In this document: positions 1 through 12,700 of the stretch, one piece after another
How positions within the stretch are numbered: the stretch's first letter is position 1
Layout: the number at the start of each line of letters is the position of its first letter
Assembly (NCBI GenBank): GCA_964016885.1
Contig: OZ024742.1
Coordinates: 88,846,001-88,910,000, forward strand
Origin: Eledone cirrhosa
Lineage: Eukaryota
Direction of reading: 5' to 3'
DNA length: 64,000 bases
Translations under genes and position numbers: made by a program
The notes under the pieces: generated by a model
Seen by the model: the letters and a program-made list of their open reading frames with translations, nothing else
The model's database searches: none
What the model was told of the DNA's origin: nothing

Positions 1-18
1 ACACATACATACACATAC

Positions 19-59
<41 letters not shown>

Positions 60-120
60 CACACATACATACACACACACATACATATACATACACACAC
101 ACACACACATATATACACAT

Positions 121-179
<59 letters not shown>

Positions 180-210
180 TATATATACATACACATACAT
201 CCAGATACAC

Positions 211-306
<96 letters not shown>

Positions 307-362
307 CCCCACACATACATACACACACACATATATATATATACATACACACATACAAACAT

Positions 363-393
<31 letters not shown>

Positions 394-490
394 CACACAT
401 ACACACACATATATATACACACACACACACACGCACATGCATATATATATATATATACACATACGCATACATCCAGATACCCACATACAT
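1..490. repeat. Compound (AC)/(AT) microsatellite; inverted copy of ~1345-1835
   Basis: The unique anchors CATCCAGATACCCACATACAT and CACCCCCAC reappear reverse-complemented, in the same order, at 1345-1835. Confidence 0.9.
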
Positions 491-856
491 ACACACACAC
501 ACACACACGCACACACAATACATACATCCACATGCACACACATACTCACACACACACACACACACATACATACACCCACACACAGAGAAATGGCCTTCAA
601 ATATATATATATATATATACATACAGACACATATATTTTTTCCATAATATAAGAAGTTGGGGCAGTGAAATTAAAATAATTCTGTGTGCGCATATATATA
701 TAGATATACGTGTGTGCACGTGCAGGGTTTAACATGGATGTGTTGGTCACACAAAGGCATGGTCTGTCAATGAATAAACCTGATTCTACAGAATTGGTCT
801 CTGGTCTTTAATAGTAGTGATTCCGTGCGTATGTGTGTTTATATTTTATGACAATT

Positions 857-1340
857 CTATTGGGGTGATAACCCGTTTAGTTTTGGTTTAAATTTGTTAA
901 GGAATAGATTTTCTTTGTTTATTCTTTGTTGTTGTGTGAACGAATCTGAGCACTTGTAGAAGGGGAAGATTTTAAAGTTGGGTAGTGTCATTCCTGCGCA
1001 GTTCGCAATATGGCTGCTCAAGGGGATTTTTCTTGTGTTAGCGTCCCGGATTTGTTGGCGGTGGATGGTCATTCTTTTGCGTAATGAGGTGCCCGTCTGT
1101 CCTATGTAGTTGTGTTTGCACCCACCGCAAGTTATTGCGTAAATCAAGTTCTCCGAGTTGCAGGTGAAATTGTTTTTTACTGTAAATGTTTGGCCATCTT
1201 TGAATGTAAATGTTTGTCCTTCAGTGAGGTAGAAGCACGTTCCACAGTTTGTTCTACCATATTTGGTAACTGTAGGGTTGAGGATTGGTTTGGGTATATT
1301 TGGTCCAGTGAGAATGCGTTTAAGTGATTTGGGTTGTCTT
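857..1340 (-). mobile_element. Penelope-like element, C-terminal GIY-YIG endonuclease (5'-truncated; Neptune-like Cys linker)
   Basis: Translation [68 protein letters not shown] shows the IY-YIG motif, the CCHH residues and the terminal LN; the rest of the 355-aa ORF is microsatellite. Confidence 0.92.
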
Positions 1341-1443
1341 TTGTGTATGTATGTGGGTATCTGGATGTATGCGTATGTGTATATATATATATATATGCAT
1401 GTGTGTCTGTGTGTGTGTGTATATATATGTGTGTGTATGTGTG

Positions 1444-1476
<33 letters not shown>

Positions 1477-1532
1477 ATGTTTGTATGTGTGTATGTATAT
1501 ATATATATGTGTGTGTGTATGTATGTGTGGGG

Positions 1533-1628
<96 letters not shown>

Positions 1629-1659
1629 GTGTATCTGGATGTATGTGTATGTATATATA

Positions 1660-1714
<55 letters not shown>

Positions 1715-1775
1715 ATGTGTATATATGTGTGTGTGTGTGTGTATGTATATGTATGTGTGTGTGTATGTATGTGTG

Positions 1776-1816
<41 letters not shown>

Positions 1817-1835
1817 GTATGTGTATGTATGTGTG

Positions 1836-2236
1836 GATGAAGGTATGTGTGTGTATATTGCTTCCACCCCCTCACTGACCAGCAGCTGGCTATTGCTAAA
1901 TCTGACCTTTATAAAATAACCCACACCCCAAATAACTTCTCATTCACTACCAGAAAGGGACACAGCAGTCAACCTGTTGTTGCTACCTAGATGAAAACTG
2001 CTATGAAATCCCACAATGAATTTTATACTTGAATTTTCAAGTCTCAAATTTTAACTCTTCGTATTATTAATTTTTCTTAATATTAATCAACATTTGAAAA
2101 GATGGCTTTTGCAGACCCATCGAAACCGGTCATTTTTTATACCCTTTATTATTTCCTTACCTTATAAAATTATGTTTTTTCACAAAAAAGTATTCTGTCT
2201 CTTATATATTCCATGTGCCATTACCAACCTCAATTT

Positions 2237-2245
<9 letters not shown>
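1836..2245 (+). mobile_element. PLE pseudo-LTR (pLTR), inverted relative to the adjacent ORF; second copy at 5858-6270
   Basis: ~400-bp near-identical direct repeat; each copy lies on the 5'-truncation side of a minus-strand PLE fragment and contains an HHR motif. Confidence 0.75.
2089..2136 (+). ncRNA. Minimal type I hammerhead ribozyme, U3-A8 core variant
   Basis: AACAT-TTGAAAA-GATGG..CCATC-GAAA, palindromic stem III ACCGGT, C, then ATTTT; stem I is weak. Confidence 0.6.
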
Positions 2246-2287
<42 letters not shown>

Positions 2288-2303
2288 ATATTTATATATA
2301 TAA

Positions 2304-2358
<55 letters not shown>

Positions 2359-2551
2359 CATACATTTTGCACAAAAGCACTCGATAAGATGTATAGATGT
2401 ATAGATGGATTGATAGGATGCACCTTAGAGTAATTATAATACGTTATATAGCGTGACAAATTGAAAACTGCGGCAAGGTGGCCTAGCTATGTAATACACA
2501 ACAGCAACGAAAATACAATCGGGTTAAATAACAAAATTGGACCATATCGAT

Positions 2552-2618
2552 GGGTAAAATAAAGTACCAGTAATACACTGGCTATTGGCTGGCCTTGTGC
2601 CAAAAGTAGAAACAATTA
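2552..2618 (+). mobile_element. SINE 3' fragment
   Basis: AAAATAAAGTACCAGT..CTGGCCTTGTGCCAAAAGTAGAAACAATTA, shared with the full copies. Confidence 0.8.
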
Positions 2619-2735
2619 TGCAATACCTCCGATAGGTTTCTATGAAATCCAAAATCAACAATCCTACTTGCGAAATATGCAAGTTTGTGATGTTTGAAGT
2701 CCGATACATAAATATATATATATATATATTATATA

Positions 2736-2879
<144 letters not shown>

Positions 2880-2914
2880 GTGTGTGTGTATGTGTACTTG
2901 AATTTATGCCTCGT

Positions 2915-2991
2915 ATCTACTACTACCCTAAGTAACGAGTACTCTGGTGCGTTATCGTCCATCTGGTATCTTATCACATTTTCTTTCTTTG

Positions 2992-2994
<3 letters not shown>
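2915..2994 (+). repeat. Short (TA)n-embedded repeat family (also 8679-8777, 40085-40153, 45017-45116 rc, 53270-53355 rc)
   Basis: Shared core TACTACC..AAGTA..GAGTACT.TGGTGCGTTATGGTCCA.CTGGTTCCTTACCACATTTCC..GTTA followed by (TA)n. Confidence 0.85.
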
Positions 2995-3032
<38 letters not shown>

Positions 3033-3035
<3 letters not shown>

Positions 3036-3202
3036 AAGGCGGGTAAAATTCCCGAGATCCATGGACGAGTTCTCTCCAACGGTCTCTGTCCCTCATTATC
3101 GCTGCCGTATCCTGCATCTCCAACAGACCAGTGTCTGTCCTTAGGGCATCAACATATGTTAACCTTGGTCTTCCTCTTCTAGTGTGTCCATGTAGGGGCT
3201 CC

Positions 3203-3206
<4 letters not shown>
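3033..3206 (-). mobile_element. RTE-clade LINE 3' fragment
   Basis: Translates [38 protein letters not shown], a typical RTE C-terminus; flanked by (TA)n. Confidence 0.8.
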
Positions 3207-3268
<62 letters not shown>

Positions 3269-3379
3269 TAAAAGGAATTCCAACTTTGTCTTATTTATTC
3301 GTTTTATTTACAATCCTTTAAAATTATAATGATATTATAATGAAATAGTATGATAGAATATTAAATGTTAAGTGTTAAT

Positions 3380-3418
3380 TGAACAAGTACTTTCATGCTT
3401 TCGCAACCATCAGGTTCA
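3380..3418 (-). ncRNA. Degenerate minimal hammerhead ribozyme
   Basis: TGAAC-CTGATGG-tTGCgaaaGCAt-GAA-AGTACT-T-GTTCA: stem I TGAAC/GTTCA, palindromic stem III, core position 9 is G instead of A. Confidence 0.55.
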
Positions 3419-3507
3419 TATTCTGTGGTGACAGTCAAGTTTACAATTTTGAACTGTCGAAAATTTCAAACTTGTTGAAAATTGCAGTTGAAAATTGCAA
3501 ACTTGAC

Positions 3508-4115
3508 TGTCACCACAGAATGTGCTACTGATAACATGTATTCCAGTACAACATATCTCATGGTCGGGTCGTTGGCGACTAAACTGGCAACCCCACCAGA
3601 GTGTCTTGGTGAGGAGGGTGACTTTGGACATCCTGCAGGACTAAAAACAAAACCTGTCAACGGGCAAAGGAGCTCTTAAGAGTCAATGGCCATCCAAAAT
3701 CACCGGGAGAGATGACCCCTTCGCCTTTGTCAAGGCAGAATTCTAGGAGAAGGAAAACTCTGATATAACACCTGCAACCCTGATGGTATACAATGATGCT
3801 GACTTGTTCTTCTTTTTGGTAAATAATATCTTGGTTAAGAGAGTGGGACTGGCTTTGTGCAGTGCCTTTGCTCACTATAAAAGCTTCACGGCACAGGCAT
3901 TGCTTTATATCTGGAGATCTCTCTGCACTTGTCGCCACATGGTACCATGGGCCCAGCACTATGTGTCAATAATTGTCACAAGTGTAGTGTTTGTACCAGA
4001 GTTTTCAAGTCGTTGGCTGAACTAAAAAGTCACACTCGTTCAGCGCATCGGTAGGGGTTCTCCTACATGGATATAAAGTAGTGGCCGTACTCGAAAACGA
4101 GTTGGCAGCCACCAT
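3508..4115 (+). mobile_element. Short non-autonomous RTE-derived element (second copy 41413-42020, minus strand)
   Basis: RTE-like 5' motifs (CTGGCAACCCCACC, TAGGAGAAGGAAAACTCTGA) joined to a 3' end encoding [23 protein letters not shown]; both copies are colinear and lack RT. Confidence 0.7.
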
Positions 4116-4125
4116 ATATATATAT

Positions 4126-4245
4126 ATTCATTATTCACCTGATGAGATCAGTGATAACCGACCATGACCACACGATCGATCTATCTGTTATTGAAATATG
4201 TGTCGTGATTAAAATGATTGGAAATGTATACCATGCCTTCGGATC

Positions 4246-4308
<63 letters not shown>

Positions 4309-4336
4309 CACTGATCTCATCAGGTGAATAATGAAT
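4126..4336 (+). mobile_element. Small element with ~30-bp terminal inverted repeats and an HHR-like core
   Basis: ATTCATTATTCACCTGATGAGATCAGTGAT is inverted at 4307-4336; TCAC-CTGATGA..GAAATATGTGTC-GTGA. Confidence 0.55.
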
Positions 4337-4558
4337 TGTCTTCAAAATCTTTGATGTGAGGGAGGAAAAACTAACGATGTTCACTCACTAGAGTTCTGTT
4401 CCCCTTATGAAAATTCAGCAGCCAAAACACGCCAACTGCTAACGTCTTGAGTCAGGGTCATAACTCTATCAAGTCTCTATCTCTTAATAGCTGTAAAAGT
4501 CGCTGGACAGGTCTAATCTCAACATCAAATCTGTAGAATGTCGGTCGGTCACAATTAG

Positions 4559-5325
4559 TGTTTGAGTACACACAAACTCACACACACCGACGCGAGGTAG
4601 GATAAAAAAATATATATACCAACATAGTATGCACCGAAATATAGGTTACAAAACAACAAATGTTATATTGGTCAATCTCAATTTTAACGATGTAGATTAG
4701 AAAAATTGGGTCAACCACAACCCTATACACACGCTCTTTATACATAATTCAGTACCCGGTTTCTTTAAACACATTGTTCCCACAGTTATGACTAGTCACG
4801 ATCTTATCAATGAATACTACACTAGGTTTTTGGTCTGTGATCCTCTAACCATGGAGTGCTCACAGTTGCTGAATGGACAATACTACATACACGCCATCAA
4901 TTGGCCCATTCTCGGGGTTTTGTTTTTTTATTTTATTTTATTTTATTTTATTTTTATTTTATTTTTGGTAATACATCTCCATCACTCAAACACTTATCTT
5001 AAAAGCCCGAACATACTGAGTTCGATACGAGCTGACTACTTGCTGTTTACATGGATGTATATATACCAAAACATAGACTATTTAGACGATACAGATGTTA
5101 CAATTCAATCTATACACGTATAGCAGAAGTTGAACGGAATTCACTTGCGTGTATAGGGATGTGGTTGACCCAATTTTTCTAATCTACATCGTTAACATTT
5201 GAGATTCGACCACTATAACATTTGTTGTTTTGTAACCTAACTTTCGGTGCATACTAAGTTGGTATATATATTTTTTCTCTGACCTCGCGTCGGTGTGTGT
5301 GAGTGTGTGTGTGTACTCAAACACT
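4559..5325. repeat. ~170-bp diverged inverted repeat pair (4559-4731 / 5148-5325)
   Basis: Arms are reverse-complementary; the right arm abuts the PLE RT fragment. Confidence 0.8.
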
Positions 5326-5727
5326 TATTCCATAGTTGTGAGGTATGTTTGTGTAGAGGTTTATTACGTCAAAGGAGACAAGAATTGTATTTGCACTTAC
5401 TGTTTTAGGGAGGTGTTTCAGCATGTCAAGGTCATCTCGTATGTAGCTCTGTATATGTTGTAGAAAGGGTTTCAGTAGGATGTCCAGAAAGTTGCTAAGT
5501 CTGTGGGTTTCACATGTAGGGCCTGCTATAATTGGCCTGAGTTTTAGGTCTTCTGGTGGTGTTAGTTCAATGTAATTGTTGGTTGAGGTGTCACATACAT
5601 CGTTTATCGGTTTACATTTGTGGAGTTTCGGTAAGCCGTAAAAAGAGCTTGTATTGCATTTGAAGTGGCTTATGTAGTTAAAATCTTTTGTGGTTAAGCT
5701 GTTGCGGTATTTATTCAGTAAGGTTTA
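5326..5727 (-). mobile_element. Penelope-like reverse transcriptase fragment (frameshifted; absent from the ORF track)
   Basis: Manual translation: FYGLPKLHK, frameshift, LKLRPIIAGPTCETHRLSNFLDILLKP..SYIRDDLDML..LVSFDVINLYTNIPH. Confidence 0.92.
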
Positions 5728-5857
5728 AGGGAAATAGTTTCTGCATTCTCGCAGTCCTCTTTCCACGATTTGATTAAATTTTGTAGGGTTGTTCCCTATA
5801 TAGGTGTAAGTGCACTAAATCCCTTTCTATCACGCTCCACTCTCCTACCCACCACAG

Positions 5858-6270
5858 GAAGATATGTGTATGTATATTGCTTCCACCCCCTCACTGACCA
5901 GCAGCTGGCCAGTTGGCGATTGCTAAATCTGACCTTTATAAAATAACCCACACCCCAAATAACTTCTCATTCACTACCAGAAAGGGACACAGCAGTCAAC
6001 CTGTTGTTGCTACCTAGATGAAAACTGCTATGAAATCCCACAATGAATTTTATACTTGAATTTTCAAATCTCAAATTTTAACTATTCGTATTATTAATTT
6101 TTCTTAATATTAATCAACATTTGAAAAGATGGCTTTTGCAGACCCATCGAAACCGATCATTTTTTATACCCTTTATTATTTCCTTACCTTATAAAATTAT
6201 GTTTTTTCACAAAAAAGTATTCTGTCTCTTATATATTCCATGTGCCATTACCAACCTCAGTTTTCTCTAT
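5858..6270 (+). mobile_element. PLE pLTR copy 2 with HHR (6116-6163)
   Basis: Direct repeat of 1836-2245; same TTGAAAA core, stem III changed to ACCGAT. Confidence 0.75.
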
Positions 6271-6299
6271 AACCTTCGTTTTGTGTAGAAAATTACACT

Positions 6300-6382
<83 letters not shown>

Positions 6383-6473
6383 TATTCATATATATATAAA
6401 TATATATACATACATAAATTAATAAAAAACAATGAAATAAAAACAAAGAACAAGTTCCTAATATTAAGAAAAA

Positions 6474-6607
6474 CATCATTTTACCATCGTTTCTAGGAAG
6501 TATATGTGTGTTGGTATGTATATCATATAGATCTATGTAAAAATATTACAAATTATCGGAGGAAATATACATACCTTCACATATACATGCTGTCTTCAGA
6601 AATGATG
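6474..6607 (-). ncRNA. Type I hammerhead ribozyme with a long stem II
   Basis: CATCATTT-CTGAAGA-(GTATATGTG/CACATATAC and GGTATGTATAT/ATATACATACC helices)-GAA-ACGATGGT-A-AAATGATG; perfect 8-bp stem I, mismatched base of stem II. Confidence 0.7.
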
Positions 6608-6942
6608 AGATTTATTTATTGAAAAAAATGAACAAATATTTAACATAAAAGGTCTGTTTGGGAACAGGATTTGAATTGACCAATAGAGAAGTAGTTAGAG
6701 GTCAAGTTGATAGAATAGTGGTAGTAGAAATTTAATTTAGGGGTAATGGAATGCAGACTTATGTTTTGAATGAAAAGAATGCTTTGAATGAAAAGAATAC
6801 TTTGGGGATGAAAAGAGGGCAAGCCAGTGAAGGGTACAAGAAAATGTGATGTTATTAAAGAATAATGGTAAAAACGAAGGAAAATAAAATTTTAGGGTAT
6901 ATATATACACATATAGATATATATACATATATGGATATATTC

Positions 6943-6987
<45 letters not shown>

Positions 6988-7024
6988 CATACATATATAT
7001 ATACACACATATATATATACGTAT

Positions 7025-7073
<49 letters not shown>

Positions 7074-7327
7074 CATATATAAATGAAAAGTATAGAAATG
7101 ATTGTAGCATGAAGCCAACAGTATTCCATAATATATAAGTGACTATAGCGTCAAAATTGGAATATAATTAACGTAAGATGTGGGAAAAATAATTATATAT
7201 ATATATATGTACATATATATACATATATGTACATATATATATATATACATATATATACATATATATATATAGATATATACATATATGTACATATATATAT
7301 GTATATATATATATGTGTATATATATA

Positions 7328-7374
<47 letters not shown>

Positions 7375-7416
7375 ATATATATGTTTATATATATATATAT
7401 GTATATATATATGTAT

Positions 7417-8443
7417 ATAGTATTCAGGATACTATTTATGGTTATGCAAGTACAAAAACCTTTTGTAGTTATGTTTATTTTTACAAACCCTAAATAGTGA
7501 CAGGCAGTAATATATTACTACCTTATTACCAGTAAGTTAAATAGCTCAATGTAATAACATCAGATGTTTTACAGAGCAGTTATATATAAGTTATAAGAAT
7601 CAAAGAACTGTTCAAAACATTTTTATGCTTACAACTGTTTCCTCCAAACTGAGGTTTGGATTCTTCGGAGCAATTTATTAATGAATGAACACTTATATGA
7701 CCTCCTTTTCAACCCAAGAGACATACAGATACATATGCATAGAGAATCGTAGTTTGTTGGTCTTTAGCTCAATACAGTAGATTGTTACGTTGCGAAAATC
7801 GACATCTAACAGGATCGTCAAACGCCCAATATCGAATCGTCGTGGATTATGTGAGTGACATATAATCTGAAAAATACGCTCGTCGGACTGTGAAAATATT
7901 GCTGTGCATGAAATCCATATCATCGCTTTACTACGCATTTCCAATATTTTTAATGCTTATATTTTTTCTCCACGCACAGGCTATAACAATCATATAAAGA
8001 ATCCATTACCAGTTCAACCCCTTTAACACCCTTTATCACTTGTTTAAGTGCTTCTATTACATGTAACACTCTGCCACACTATAGCATTATATAAACAAGA
8101 CGCACGTGCTTGCCACACGTGTAACTATTGCACTCAATAACTGCTTATGACTATCCTATCGCATTAATTTCATGTTATATTTTAACCTGTATTTTTGATT
8201 TTATCTTTTAATACGAATGTAATCTCTAAATGTATACTGCCACACTAAATGCTGTAATGGTTGTCGTCCCACCAAGCAACAATATTTGCATATGTATCTG
8301 TATGTCTCTTGGGTTGAAAAGGAGGTCATATAAGTGTTCATTCATTAATAAATTGCTTCGAAGAATCCAAACCTCGATTTGGAGGAAACAGTTGTAAACA
8401 TAAAAATGTTTGGAACAGTTCTTTGATTCTTATAACTTATATA
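7417..8443. mobile_element. ~1-kb non-coding element with an internal inverted repeat (7581-7739 / 8287-8443); relative at 25205-26255
   Basis: Reverse-complement arms, (TA)n flanks and an HHR motif in each arm. Confidence 0.75.
7626..7672 (-). ncRNA. Minimal hammerhead ribozyme, CCGAAGA core variant
   Basis: TGCT-CCGAAGA-aTCCAAAcctcagTTTGGAg-GAA-ACAGTTGT-A-AGCA. Confidence 0.6.
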
Positions 8444-8492
8444 TATATGTATATATATATATGTATGTATATATGTATATATATATATATAT

Positions 8493-8573
<81 letters not shown>

Positions 8574-8605
8574 ATATGTATATATATATATTATATGTGT
8601 ATATA

Positions 8606-8673
<68 letters not shown>

Positions 8674-8678
8674 AACCA

Positions 8679-8890
<212 letters not shown>

Positions 8891-8933
8891 TTCTATATAT
8901 ATATATTTACATAGATATATACATATATATATA

Positions 8934-9105
<172 letters not shown>

Positions 9106-9727
9106 AGGAATCACATATCTCTCACACATTTTCTCTCTCCCACTCTGCCTCCCCCGTTTTCTCATTCTCCCTCCTCTTCCATAATATCTATCTATGTCTC
9201 TCTCTATCTCTATCTCTTCTGTCTCCAGATGTCTTTCACTTCATCATATCACTAAGGAATTCAGTCCATTTGATTGAAATTCCCAACTTCGTGATGTATT
9301 TGAATTGTGCTTCAGCAACGCTAAATACAACGTCAAAAAAATGAAAAAATGCTAGAAGTTAAATATGGATAAGGAAACATTTGAAAGAATCAATTCCATT
9401 AAGAGCACAGCATGATGTATGCTTGAATCAAAGTGGAGGAAACTGCAATAGTTTGTCATATTCTCTATTAACTGACATGACGGATGATCCCGTTAGTTTC
9501 CTCTATAAATGTTCTGCTCAAAATATTAAGAACAATCAGGAAAATCACGGTTTCAATTTAAAAGTATGCGGCAGCTGAAAAGAAGTACAATTAAGAATAT
9601 ATGAAGAGGATCATTATTATTTTCTCTATAATAAATAATAAAATGCAAAATAAATATATATGTTGTGGTTATTATTATTATTTTTAATATTAACATAATT
9701 ATCATTATCATTATTATTTTTGTTGTT

Positions 9728-12700
9728 TGTCGCTGAACCATGAGCCACGCCTGTTTACGCTCCGCGAGTTTTGTTTGTGTACATCGATTTATATATATAT
9801 ATATTTTTTTAAATGTTTGTTTCAAAAGATACATATGGTTTTAATATTCGTCCTGAAAAACGGACTCCCCATCACATTTGGGCCTTGGTCGCAAATATAT
9901 GAACTTTGAAATTGTGCTACAAAATTATTATTTTTTCTTTTTACATGGAGGTAACACCCACCTTTAAAAAAGTGTTCCTCGCGAAAGTAATTCGCACGAC
10001 GCTCTGAAAAGAAACAACAATGAAAACACCACCACTACAGACATCACCAACACAGTCACCGTCGCCTGCAACAGCAACAACGATAACAACGACAACAATT
10101 CCAACAACATCGATGACAACAATAAAATCAACGTGAAAAACGACAACACTAACGGCAGCAACATCAATGTGAACAACAGCAATATTATTTTGCTGCCACA
10201 GTTACAAAAACTCAAAATGTATACATTGAGTTGCCTGAAAAGAAAGAACGTATTTGACAAGGCGAAAAATCTCATTACCACAGAAAAAGATTGGGCCAAT
10301 TTAAACGTCCCCGCAGAAGTGATGGCAGCGACTGGGAGGAGAATTTTAAAATATCGATGCAATTCATTTCGGTGCAATCTCAAAGCCGAGATAGACTCCA
10401 ATCATAAAAGACGTTGAGCACATAGCAAGGGCCAAACAAATTGGGAGCATATCGGTGCTCTTCAAAGCTCTATTTGCTATCAACACCAGTAGCAGCACCA
10501 CCACGACTGTAATAACTAATATAACAGAGGCAACACAATAAAGACAAAGTATCAAAATCAACAACAACAGACATGGTAACAGCACCACCAACAACAACAA
10601 TAAGAGCAATAACCACACATTTGCAGTACATCTACCAAACAAACTGAATTATACAACATGAATTTTGCAGGAAAGCACTCATATTTGGCCTAAGTGGCCA
10701 AACTAATCAAACTACAAAAAGTATGGGCTAATGTAACTATACCGAATGAGATGTCGGCAACAAAAAAAGAAAGAGTAATTAGGAAATCCATGTCTACTAA
10801 CACTAGACGGCTGGAGCAAGAAGCGCAGATCGACATTGTAAGAACACCCGAGCACATAAAGCCCAAATTATAACACATAGGAACCCAGAAGCCCGGAAAC
10901 GGGTCTGGGATATGTGTGGAGGTGTCCTTTCACATCAAAACAAAAAACGTCGGCAGCATCCCATACATCATTCGTCTTCCAGGCACAGTAGAGTGGCACA
11001 TTGGTGTTGAAGGGAAAAAAAGCAAGTTGCCATCTGTGTGGGGAGACTGGCATTTTGAATGCTTTCTGCTCTCAAAGCAAAAAAGGTATTCATAAGGTCC
11101 TATTGCTCCCAATAGCAGGGATCCAACAGCCACAACTACAACACCATCAGCGATCGACAACAGTGCTGCTAAACCCTGTACCAGCATCAACAACAGCTAA
11201 AACACCACCAATAACACCAACAACCATATCAGCAACTGTAAAAACAACAAAATAAACAGCTGCGACAAGAACAAAAGACAGAAGCAGCTTAGACAATAAT
11301 AGCTCCATCAGTACCATCATTACCAACACAACCAACATCAAAAGAAACAGCAATAAAGAGGATCAATAAACCCACACCAGGAATCTCATAAACAAGCTCT
11401 CATTCTTCTAAACATTCACACACGCACATACTCAAACAGTCACACCACAACGCTCACCTGGATCAAATAAGTCAGACAAAGAAAATTATTTTCACAATCA
11501 CCAAAACTCACCTCAGAGAAACCAACAAAATACACCCCCACAAAACACAGCCACATCACCAACTACAGTAACTCAAACACCAACACCACATCCGGGAAAG
11601 CAAACACCGGAAGCAGAAATGTTAACAATACACCGATCACAATACGCTATAAAAAGAAAACACACAACAAAAGCCAAAGCAGACAGTCAGATAACTACGA
11701 AACAATCAAACGCACACATACAAAATGTGTGCTACTGGGGAAGGCAAATCAACAATTGCTATCTCTCGTAGCACAAATGGAGGACAGAGATACAGAGGGG
11801 AAATATTTAGCAAAAGTACATTCAAATTACACCAAACTGAACAACTAACACGCATCTCCAAACAAATATACAAAGGAATATGGTAGAGCTGCATACACAA
11901 CGTGGAAACCAGTAACATAAAAGTCACATGTCTTCTTTAAAAAGTGTTCCCAAAGAAACCCAAACCAGATATGGAGATCGAACCACCCGAAATCCAACAG
12001 CCATGGAGTGTAAGTAGAAGCCCCACTTTATTTTCCCTGAAACCTATCCAGCTATCTTAGCAATTCTAAGAGTAGTCTCTTTAAATGTATGTGTCTTTGG
12101 GTTATCCTAGTATCAACGTCACATGCTCAGCAATCTCAGGTCATTAGCTATAGATGTGAATTTCGTCAACGAAATCAGGATCTTTGGCTCAGCCGCTCTA
12201 GCTCCCATTTTAACAACTATGAGATCTATGCATTTCCTAGTCGGCCTGGAATGAGAAGTGAGGTGACACTGCTGATTAGGAAAGGCCTGGATATCGAGGT
12301 ACGAATGATCTTCCTGGAAGCAGATAGTTAGCTGTTGGTCCTGGTTGTGATCAAATAGCAAAGGTAGCGCTTTTAAACTTGGAGCTGGTTTAAACTCCGA
12401 CTGGTGCTGGATGGCCGGATTTCTTCAGACATCTCAAAGTTCTAGAAACGTCTCGCCATTTTTATTTAGTGACGTCACTAGAAAAAGCTTTGAGCTACAA
12501 TTTTCTGAAGGAATTTCGAGCCTAGGACTCTTGTTAATTTCCATAAATCTTTGGTCTGATGTGCAACCGAAGGGCATGCCAGTTTGAGACAATTTCTAAA
12601 TGTCACAACAGTCCTAAATCTGTGCAGAATGACGAAACCGTTTTGCACGCACTTGTTCAATTTTTTAAGATGGCTTATCTCAGGAGTATGTCAAACACCA

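Noticed and set aside
857-1924. 355-aa ORF as a novel repeat-GIY-YIG fusion protein
   Set aside because: The N-terminal ~190 aa is read-through of an inverted microsatellite/pLTR; only the last ~160 aa is real PLE sequence.
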